From an uncultured Clostridia bacterium (GTDB taxonomy: Bacteria > Bacillota > Clostridia > TANB77 > CAG-508): DNA of 60,132 nucleotides. Below are positions 29,231-36,470 of this stretch, piece by piece. A program made the position numbers and the translations under genes. Within the stretch, counting starts at the first letter, position 1. Every line of letters begins with the position of its first letter. The notes below the pieces were generated by a model. That model saw only the letters and a list, made by a program, of their open reading frames with translations. It did not search any database and was not told where the DNA came from. The stretch lies in assembly GCA_934184665.1 (NCBI GenBank), contig CAKPSX010000005.1:1-60132 (forward strand), in the 5' to 3' direction.

Positions 29231-29833
29231 TTATTTTTCACAATTTAAAAGTTCTCTTATTAAATCATATAAATATGGTTTAAATTCCTCAATTGGAAGA
29301 GGTTCTTTATATAAAATAGAATTAAAACACGTTGAACTTACTAGTTCTACAATCATATAAAGTGTAACACTTGGATTTTTCAATTTTATATTATTTTCTT
29401 TTACTCCATTTAAAAATAATGAAATCATACTTGTATTAGAAGTTTTATCAGTATCATATAATTTCAATACTGTTTGACTGTAAACACCCCAAGATAAATT
29501 CTTTGATATAAATTTTAATAATAATGGAGATTTCGCAAGTTCATCAATTATATAATTTATTACAAAGATTATTTGGTCAGCAAAATTTTTAATATAGCTA
29601 TTGTGCAAAGCATTTATTGCATCATTAAATAATGCCATTGACTTTTTTGCAATTAAAATATCTCTTAATTCATATTTATCTTTAAAATATAAATAAAAAG
29701 TACCTTTGGCGACATTTGCTTCATCAACAATATCTTGAATTGAAGTATCTTTAATTCCTTTTTCAATAAAAAGTTTAAAACCTGTATTTAGTAATCTGCT
29801 TTCTTTATCATTTTTGGATTCGTCATTTTTCAT
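29231..29833 (-). CDS. TetR/AcrR-family transcriptional regulator
   Basis: The N-terminal HTH region reads LLNTGFKLFIEKGIKDTSIQDIVDEANVAKGTFYLYFKDKYEL. It is divergent from the MMPL gene. Confidence 0.85.
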   Translation of the reverse strand: MKNDESKNDKESRLLNTGFKLFIEKGIKDTSIQDIVDEANVAKGTFYLYFKDKYELRDILIAKKSMALFNDAINALHNSYIKNFADQIIFVINYIIDELAKSPLLLKFISKNLSWGVYSQTVLKLYDTDKTSNTSMISLFLNGVKENNIKLKNPSVTLYMIVELVSSTCFNSILYKEPLPIEEFKPYLYDLIRELLNCEK

Positions 29834-29926
29834 ATTTAATCACATTCCTTCCTTGTTAAAAGCATAATCTGGTTGGAAAAGAATAAAATCGTATTTTTTT
29901 CAACTAATTATATTATTACACAAATT

Positions 29927-29939
29927 AGACGATTGGTCA
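29927..29939. promoter_or_regulatory. Candidate TetR operator copy 1 (aGAC-N5-GTCa)
   Basis: agacgattggtca lies in the divergent tetR/MMPL intergenic region and is related to the two TGAC-N5-GTCA sites downstream. Confidence 0.45.
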
Positions 29940-30045
29940 ATATCTTATTTAATAGAAAAATTAAAGATTTTATTATGATAGAAATGTCACAACTATTGAA
30001 ATCATGGAATTTTTATAAAAATTATCAAAAAATTGGCAAAAAGTA

Positions 30046-30074
30046 TTGACTAATGGTCATAATGGTAATATAAT
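30046..30074 (+). promoter_or_regulatory. Sigma-A-type promoter of the MMPL operon
   Basis: TTGACT (30046-30051), a 17-nt spacer, then TATAAT (30069-30074). The track's TTG start at 30046 is this -35 box. Confidence 0.7.
30047..30059. promoter_or_regulatory. Candidate TetR operator copy 2 (TGACtaatgGTCA), overlapping the -35 box
   Basis: Palindromic half-sites TGAC/GTCA separated by 5 nt. Confidence 0.55.
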
Positions 30075-30082
30075 AATAAAAG

Positions 30083-30095
30083 TGACTGATGGTCA
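30083..30095. promoter_or_regulatory. Candidate TetR operator copy 3 (TGACtgatgGTCA), just downstream of the -10 box
   Basis: A near-identical repeat of the 30047 site, 36 nt away and followed by the same ggtcata context. Confidence 0.55.
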
Positions 30096-30111
30096 TAAGG
30101 AAGGAGAATGT

Positions 30112-32184
30112 ATGAAAAAGTTTGGAGAATTAATATGTAAACATAAAAAAATAATATTAATAATAGCCTTAATATTAATAATACCATCAATAATCGGAAT
30201 GAAAGCAACAAGGATTAATTACGACATTTTAGTTTATTTACCAGATGACATAGAAACACTAAAAGGTCAAGAGATTTTAGCAAACGATTTTGACATGGGT
30301 GCATTTTCAGTAGTAGTACTTGACGGAATGGATACACAGGAAATGATAAAACTTGAAGATGAATTTAGAAACACTGAGAATGTTGAAAAAGTTATAGGGT
30401 TATCAGATGTTACAGGAACATCAATACCACTTGAAATGTTAACAGATGAAGTCAAAGACAAAATTTATAAAGATGGTGCAACACCAATATTAGTAACATT
30501 TAAAGATGGTATATCTGATGATACAACATTGAAAACAATAGAACATTTAAGAGAAATTACAGATGACAAATGTAAAATAAGTGGAATGTCAGCTGTAGTT
30601 ATAGATACAAGAGATTTAGCCAATTCTGAGATAATAGTATATGTAGCAATTGCAGTTGCATTATGTTTCTTAATTTTACAATTAGCTCTTGATTCATATT
30701 TAGCACCTGTATTACTACTTGCAAACATAGGAATAGCAATATTATATAATATGGGAACAAATATAGCACTTGGGCAAATATCTTATATAACAAAAGCAAT
30801 AAGTGCAGTATTGCAATTAGGTGTAACAATGGATTTTGCAATATTCTTATATCATAGTTACAAAGCAGAAAAAGAAAAAGCATCAAATAATGATGAGGCG
30901 ATGGCACAAGCAATATCAAAAACATTGGTATCAATAGTAGGTAGCTCAGCAACTACAATAGCAGGATTCTTAGCATTATGTAGTATGAACCTTACACTTG
31001 GAAAAGATATTGGATTAGTAATGGCAAAAGGTGTATTATTTGGAGTAATCAGTGTTGTAACAATATTACCAGCAATGCTATTAATATTTGATAAAGCAAT
31101 TGAAAAAACAAGCCACAAAGAAATATTACCAAAATTCACAAAATTGAAAGACTTTAACATAAAGCATTATAAAGCAATAATAGTAGCATTTATAGCAATA
31201 TTACCATTTGCAATATATGGATATACACATACAGAAACATATTATAATTTAACAAAATCTTTACCAACTAATTTACAGAGTATAGTTGCAAATACCGAAT
31301 TAGAAGATAAATTCAATATGGTATCAACAGAAGTATTATTAGTAAATAAAGATATTCCAGATTATAAATTAAATGAAATGCTAGATAAAATAGAAAGTCT
31401 TGATGGAATAGAATGGACATTAAGTTATTCAAGAATATCACAAGCAACAAATATTCCAAAGGAAATGTTATCAGATGATATAAAATCAGTATTTGAGAAA
31501 AATGATTATCAAATGATAATTGTAAATTCAACATATGAAGTTGCTACAGATGAATTAAATAATCAAATAGCAGAAGTAAATAATATAATAAAACAATATG
31601 ATGATACTGCAATACTTGCGGGAGAAGGACCTTTGATGAAAGATTTGGTTGAGATAAGTAACCACGACTTTAATAGTGTAAACTCAGTATCAATTGGAAT
31701 AATATTCATAATAATGATATTTGTTTTAAAATCAGCAAGTTTACCAATTATATTAATTGCAGTTATAGAATTTGCAATATTTATAAATATGGGAATACCA
31801 GCATATACGGGAACAGTGCTTCCATTTATAGCTTCAATAGTTATAGGAACAATACAACTAGGGGCTACAATAGATTATGCAATATTGATTACAACAAGAT
31901 ATAAAACATCAAGAATGGAAGGTCAAGACAAACATATGGCAATTGACAATGCATTAGGTGCATCAATACAATCAATAATTGTTAGTGGATTATGTTTTTT
32001 CGGAGCAACATTCGGAGTTGGAGCATATTCACAAATAGAGATGATAGGTTCATTATGTACATTAATGTCAAGAGGTGCAATAATAAGTATGGTTACTGTA
32101 TTAACAGTATTACCAGCATTCTTATTGGTATTTGATAAAGTGATTTGCAAAACAACAAGTGGAATGAAAAATATAAAAGCATAA
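30112..32184 (+). CDS. MMPL-family (RND-superfamily) membrane transporter, YdfJ-like
   Basis: Two blocks of about 6 TM helices are separated by soluble loops. ATG 30112 follows aaggaaggag. Confidence 0.85.
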   Translation: MKKFGELICKHKKIILIIALILIIPSIIGMKATRINYDILVYLPDDIETLKGQEILANDFDMGAFSVVVLDGMDTQEMIKLEDEFRNTENVEKVIGLSDVTGTSIPLEMLTDEVKDKIYKDGATPILVTFKDGISDDTTLKTIEHLREITDDKCKISGMSAVVIDTRDLANSEIIVYVAIAVALCFLILQLALDSYLAPVLLLANIGIAILYNMGTNIALGQISYITKAISAVLQLGVTMDFAIFLYHSYKAEKEKASNNDEAMAQAISKTLVSIVGSSATTIAGFLALCSMNLTLGKDIGLVMAKGVLFGVISVVTILPAMLLIFDKAIEKTSHKEILPKFTKLKDFNIKHYKAIIVAFIAILPFAIYGYTHTETYYNLTKSLPTNLQSIVANTELEDKFNMVSTEVLLVNKDIPDYKLNEMLDKIESLDGIEWTLSYSRISQATNIPKEMLSDDIKSVFEKNDYQMIIVNSTYEVATDELNNQIAEVNNIIKQYDDTAILAGEGPLMKDLVEISNHDFNSVNSVSIGIIFIIMIFVLKSASLPIILIAVIEFAIFINMGIPAYTGTVLPFIASIVIGTIQLGATIDYAILITTRYKTSRMEGQDKHMAIDNALGASIQSIIVSGLCFFGATFGVGAYSQIEMIGSLCTLMSRGAIISMVTVLTVLPAFLLVFDKVICKTTSGMKNIKA

Positions 32185-32205
32185 AAGATTGGAAAGGAGA
32201 TAAAA

Positions 32206-34104
32206 ATGATTAAAGAAAATTTAGGTAAAAGAATAATAAGTAGTGTATTATTATGTTCAATGATTGGCTACACAATGCCAGTATTTGCTTTAACAAAAGA
32301 AGAAACAGTATATTCTAAGCTTAACAATGAAGGTTCTTCATATAATACAATTGTAAGTACACATATAAAAAATGAAGAATTATTACAGATAATAAATGAT
32401 ATGTCAGATTTATTAAATATAAAAAATGTTGGTGGAGATGAAAGTTTCAAAGTTGATAATAATTCAGTAGTATGGAATGCAGGTGAAAAAGATATTTATT
32501 ATCAAGGTGAAGCTTCAAAAGAATTACCAGTTCAAACATCTATAAAATATGAATTAAATGGAGAAGAAATATCAGCAAAAGATATTGCTGGAAAAGATGG
32601 AAAGGTTAAAATTACTATAGAATATGAAAACAAAGACGCACACACAGTAAGTGTAAGAGGAAAAGACGAAACACTTTATACACCATTTATAGTAATTACA
32701 GGAACAGCTATTGATAATGAAAAAAATAAAAATATTGAAATTTCTAATGGTAAAGTGATTGAAAAAGATGGGGAAACTGTGGTTCTAGGAATTGCATTCC
32801 CTGGATTACAAGAAAGTTTAAATCTTGAAAAAGATACAGTAGATATTCCAAATTCAGTTGAAATTACAATGGATTCAACAGATTTTGAATTAGAAAATAT
32901 GCTTACTTATATAACACCAAGAGCCCTAGAAGATGATACAGATGATATTACTGATAAAATAAATGATTTATATAAATCAGTAGATGACATGAAAACAGCT
33001 AGTGAAAAAATCCAAGATGGTGCTAATACATTAAAAGATGGAACAGCAGAATATTCAGAAAAATCAGCAGAATTTAACGGATATATGGGTGAACTAGCAA
33101 AAGGAACACAAGAAGCAGAATCAGGTGCAAATGCTTTATCAAGTGGAATAAATCAATTATCATCAAAAACAGGTGCATTAGTACCAGGCGTAAATAAATT
33201 GGTAGAAGGTTCAGAATTATTAGATACAAAACTTAATGATGCTGTTACAGCAACAGGAAAAATATCAGCAGGAGCTCAAGATGTAAATAAAGGAATTCAA
33301 AATGTTTCAGCAGCAATTGATGGAATAAATACAAATTTACAAGCAACAGATACATCAAATTTAGAGGCTAAGGTAGCAAGTTTAACAAAAGCAAAAACAA
33401 ACTTAAGTAATTTAAACACTGCATTAGAAGCACAAATAGCAGCAAATAGTGAAAATCAAGAATTAGTTGCATTATTAAAACAACAAGTTGAGATGAATAA
33501 TGCATCAATACAAGCGTATGATAGTAATATTACTTCATTAAAATCTACAGCAACTCTTAAAGCAACAATAGCAGCAGTAAAAACTGGACTTGATGGAGAT
33601 GGAACAGAAAAAAATCCAGGTTTAAAAGCTGGAGCTAAAGGTCTTGCAAGTGGTACGGCAGAACTTGATACAGGATTACAATTAATGAGTACAAAAACAG
33701 GAGATTTAGTATCAGGTGTAAAAGAATTATCAACAAAATCAAAAACATTAATTGCAGGTGTTAATCAAATAAAAGCAGGTGCGAATTCATTAAATACAGG
33801 TGTTTCTCAAATAAATACAAGTACAAATACTTTAAGCTCTGCAAGTACACAATTGTCAGATAGTTCAAAAGCAATTGCAAATGGTATGGAAACATTATCA
33901 AGTGGAATAAATGAATTCAACAGCCAAGCAATTGATAAAGTATATAACTTTGTTGAAAATGATGTTAAAGATTTAACAGAAAGATTAGAACAGTTAAATG
34001 ATTTATCTAAAGAATATATTAATTTTGCTATGAAAGATGAGGCAATGAATGGGAATGTTAAATTTATAACAATTACTGATTCAATAAAAAAAGAGAATAA
34101 GTAA
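32206..34104 (+). CDS. Secreted YhgE/Pip-N-terminal-like protein with LxxG heptad (coiled) repeats
   Basis: A signal peptide is present. A long Ala/Thr/Asn-rich region carries recurring ...L..G heptads (GANALSSGINQLSSKTGALVPGVNKLVEGSELL...). It is a common partner of MMPL transporters in Firmicutes. No C-terminal TM segment is seen. Confidence 0.6.
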   Translation: MIKENLGKRIISSVLLCSMIGYTMPVFALTKEETVYSKLNNEGSSYNTIVSTHIKNEELLQIINDMSDLLNIKNVGGDESFKVDNNSVVWNAGEKDIYYQGEASKELPVQTSIKYELNGEEISAKDIAGKDGKVKITIEYENKDAHTVSVRGKDETLYTPFIVITGTAIDNEKNKNIEISNGKVIEKDGETVVLGIAFPGLQESLNLEKDTVDIPNSVEITMDSTDFELENMLTYITPRALEDDTDDITDKINDLYKSVDDMKTASEKIQDGANTLKDGTAEYSEKSAEFNGYMGELAKGTQEAESGANALSSGINQLSSKTGALVPGVNKLVEGSELLDTKLNDAVTATGKISAGAQDVNKGIQNVSAAIDGINTNLQATDTSNLEAKVASLTKAKTNLSNLNTALEAQIAANSENQELVALLKQQVEMNNASIQAYDSNITSLKSTATLKATIAAVKTGLDGDGTEKNPGLKAGAKGLASGTAELDTGLQLMSTKTGDLVSGVKELSTKSKTLIAGVNQIKAGANSLNTGVSQINTSTNTLSSASTQLSDSSKAIANGMETLSSGINEFNSQAIDKVYNFVENDVKDLTERLEQLNDLSKEYINFAMKDEAMNGNVKFITITDSIKKENK

Positions 34105-34110
34105 AATAGA

Positions 34111-34138
34111 AGGACAATACAAGCGAGTATTGTCCTTT
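34111..34138 (+). terminator. Intrinsic terminator of the MMPL/YhgE-like operon
   Basis: aggacaatac (34111-34120) pairs with gtattgtcct (34127-34136). The loop is 6 nt and a short T tract follows. Confidence 0.65.
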
Positions 34139-34200
34139 AGTAATATATTAAATAAATCAGTAAATAGAAAAACTAACTATCACTGTAGTTTTACATAAAA

Positions 34201-34229
34201 TTGACATCGAAATAAAATCATGGTATAAT
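34201..34229 (+). promoter_or_regulatory. Near-consensus sigma-A-type promoter with extended -10, dedicated to the foreign CDS
   Basis: TTGACA (34201-34206), a 17-nt spacer, then TGgTATAAT (34221-34229). GGAGG at 34251-34255 lies 10 nt before ATG 34266. Confidence 0.7.
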
Positions 34230-34265
34230 TAAGGTACATCTTTATTATTTGGAGGGTTATATACC

Positions 34266-35237
34266 ATGACTACTAACAACAAGCTGAACAACGTCACCGT
34301 TATCACCTCTGGTTCTCTGGCTAAGTCCGGAGGCATCCAGACCGTGACCCGGACGCTCTTTGAGAGCGTGATGCCCATCCTCTACCTCGACAAGGAGGGC
34401 GAGGATAACGTTAAGATCAAGCTCAAGGATAGCAACAGCATCCTGTTCTCTGGGTTCGACGATCAGTTCGTCAATCTGGCCAATTGGGCCAAAGAAGAAG
34501 GCAAGAAGGTCGCAGTGTTCTGGCACTTTGCTTGTGCTAGTGAGGTCGATCCTGACCTGGGAGCTGCTTGGCGGTCGCTGTTACCTCTGCTCTGTGGAGG
34601 TAAAATCGATCTATTTGTAACTTGCAAGTACGGACAGCCGGAAATCGTTGAGAAACTGTTCGGAGTCAAGACTTTCTTGATTTTGAACAATTCCTTGGAG
34701 AATTCCTATAAGGATGAACCCAAGAACGGAATCGGAATCTTTTCTGGTTCTAGTGATTACTGGGTCAAGAATTTACGACCCAACCTGTATGCTTCTCTAA
34801 TGACAGAGAAGCAAGTGGATATTGTTCCTTATGAGGACAGTATCCGTAACATGGTTAAGACCATGGGCGTGGAAGACAGGGTAACTGGTGAATCTCGACT
34901 GGAACATTCGCTGTTCTTGAAGAGAATGGCCAGCTGTGAACTGGTTACTTACGTAACCTTCGCAGAAGGGGCACCAATTCTCCCCTTGGAGGCACTTAAC
35001 AATGGTGTTATCTGCCTGACTGGAGACAACCACAACTACTTCACAGATGATCAGCGTCTGCGGGACTTTCTGGTCTGCACCAGACCTGACGACCCCTATG
35101 CAATCTACAGGGCTATTGAGATAGCTCTGGAGAACAAGGACGAGATTCTGCATCGTTACTACCGCTGGAAGATGCGGTATGATGAGGAGCAGAAGCAGAA
35201 CTTCAACCTCTTTATTGAGGCGTTGAAGAATATGTAA
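34266..35237 (+). CDS. Compositionally foreign CDS (323 aa): compact GT-B fold, GT4-like glycosyltransferase candidate
   Basis: - It is a clean ORF with its own SD.
- The C-terminal half aligns by eye to the GT4 pattern: IGIFSGSSDYWVKN (G..S....KN/G), then ...VTYVTFAEGAPILPLEALNNGVICLTGDN with E234-x7-E242 (EX7E, nt 34965-34991).
- The N-terminal TVITSGSL..SGGIQT resembles the GT4 glycine-rich loop.
- Its G+C and codon choice are unlike every other gene in the window. Confidence 0.7.
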   Translation: MTTNNKLNNVTVITSGSLAKSGGIQTVTRTLFESVMPILYLDKEGEDNVKIKLKDSNSILFSGFDDQFVNLANWAKEEGKKVAVFWHFACASEVDPDLGAAWRSLLPLLCGGKIDLFVTCKYGQPEIVEKLFGVKTFLILNNSLENSYKDEPKNGIGIFSGSSDYWVKNLRPNLYASLMTEKQVDIVPYEDSIRNMVKTMGVEDRVTGESRLEHSLFLKRMASCELVTYVTFAEGAPILPLEALNNGVICLTGDNHNYFTDDQRLRDFLVCTRPDDPYAIYRAIEIALENKDEILHRYYRWKMRYDEEQKQNFNLFIEALKNM

Positions 35238-35242
35238 CCCTA

Positions 35243-35273
35243 AGAGAGAGGCTATTGCCTCTCTCTTTTTTTT
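35243..35273 (+). terminator. Textbook intrinsic terminator of the foreign CDS
   Basis: agagagaggc (35243-35252), loop tatt, gcctctctct (35257-35266), giving a perfect 10-bp stem. The T run extends to 35273 and begins 5 nt after the stop codon. Confidence 0.85.
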
Positions 35274-35405
35274 GAAGCAAAAACCGAAAAAGTTTTCGCA
35301 AAACTCTTGAAAAAAATAAAAAAATAGTATAGAATGTAAAAATATTAATTATAAACAAGTAGAAAAGATTTTTATTTTTTTATTTGTTTTTGGAAAGGAG
35401 AAAAT

Positions 35406-36470
35406 ATGAGGTTTGTACATATAGCAGATATGCACTTTGATTCACCATTTACAACATTATCAGATAAAGGAAATTTAGGCGAGATAAGAAGAATGGAACA
35501 AAGAAAAATATTTAAAAAAGTAATTGATTATATAAAAGAAAATAAAATAGAATTATTATTTATTTCAGGAGACTTATATGAACATCAATATATAAGAAAA
35601 TCTACAATAGAATATATAAATAATTTATTTAAAGAAATAAATAAAACAAAAATATTTATATCTCCAGGAAATCATGATCCATATTTAAAAAAATCATATT
35701 ATAATGATTTTTCATGGAATGAAAATGTACACATTTTTAATTCTCAAATTGAAAAAATTGAATTAAACAATTTAGATATATATGGATATGGCTTTGATGA
35801 TTTTTATTGCTCAGAATCGAATTTAGAGAGCCTTAAAATTGCTAATCCTGAAAAAACAAATATATTAATAATACATGGTACACTTGATGGTTCAACAGCA
35901 GAGGAAAGACAGTATAATCCTATGAGCAAAAGAATGCTGATAGAAAAAGGCTTTGACTATGTAGCTTTAGGGCATATACATAAAACTAATTTTACTCCAG
36001 AGGAAAGAATTATTTATCCAGGCTCAACAATTTCATTAGGTTTTGATGAGCTCGGAAAACATGGAATGGTAGTAGGAGATATTGAAAAAAATAAAATAGA
36101 ATTTATTGAATTAGATGAAACAGAGTTTGTAGAAAAAGAAATAAAATGTACAGAAATATTTTCAATTGAACAATTAATTGAAAAAATAAATGAAATAAAT
36201 ATAGAAAAAAATAAATTATATAAAATAATATTAACAGAAAAAAGAAATTTTGAAATAAATATATATGATATTTATAAATATGAATTAAATGAGAGAATAA
36301 TTAAAATAAAAAATAAAACAAAACCCAATTATGATATAGAAAAAATTTCAAAAGAAAAAACATTAAAAGGTTTATTTGTTAAAGAAATGATGGAAGAAAT
36401 AAAAAAGGAAATTTATGATGATGAAATTTTAGAAAATGCATTAGAAATTGGAATAGAAATATTAGAATAA
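35406..36470 (+). CDS. Metallophosphoesterase DNA-repair exonuclease (SbcD/YhaO-like)
   Basis: Contains MRFVHIADMHFDSPF, GDLYEH, GNHD, and GHIH calcineurin-like motifs. Confidence 0.8.
   Translation: MRFVHIADMHFDSPFTTLSDKGNLGEIRRMEQRKIFKKVIDYIKENKIELLFISGDLYEHQYIRKSTIEYINNLFKEINKTKIFISPGNHDPYLKKSYYNDFSWNENVHIFNSQIEKIELNNLDIYGYGFDDFYCSESNLESLKIANPEKTNILIIHGTLDGSTAEERQYNPMSKRMLIEKGFDYVALGHIHKTNFTPEERIIYPGSTISLGFDELGKHGMVVGDIEKNKIEFIELDETEFVEKEIKCTEIFSIEQLIEKINEINIEKNKLYKIILTEKRNFEINIYDIYKYELNERIIKIKNKTKPNYDIEKISKEKTLKGLFVKEMMEEIKKEIYDDEILENALEIGIEILE

Noticed and set aside
30046-30111. N-terminal extension of the MMPL ORF from TTG 30046
   Set aside because: The TTG is the first base of a TTGACT -35 box, with TATAAT 17 nt downstream. 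The extension also contains the two operator palindromes. ATG 30112 has a strong SD.
34257-35153. Three long minus-strand ORFs (34257-34526, 34463-34690, 34797-35153) inside the GC-richer gene
   Set aside because: They are antisense to a CDS that has a proper SD, start and GT-like motifs. Long antisense ORFs are expected when stop-poor sequence sits in an AT-rich genome. They are useful as a symptom of the composition shift, not as genes.
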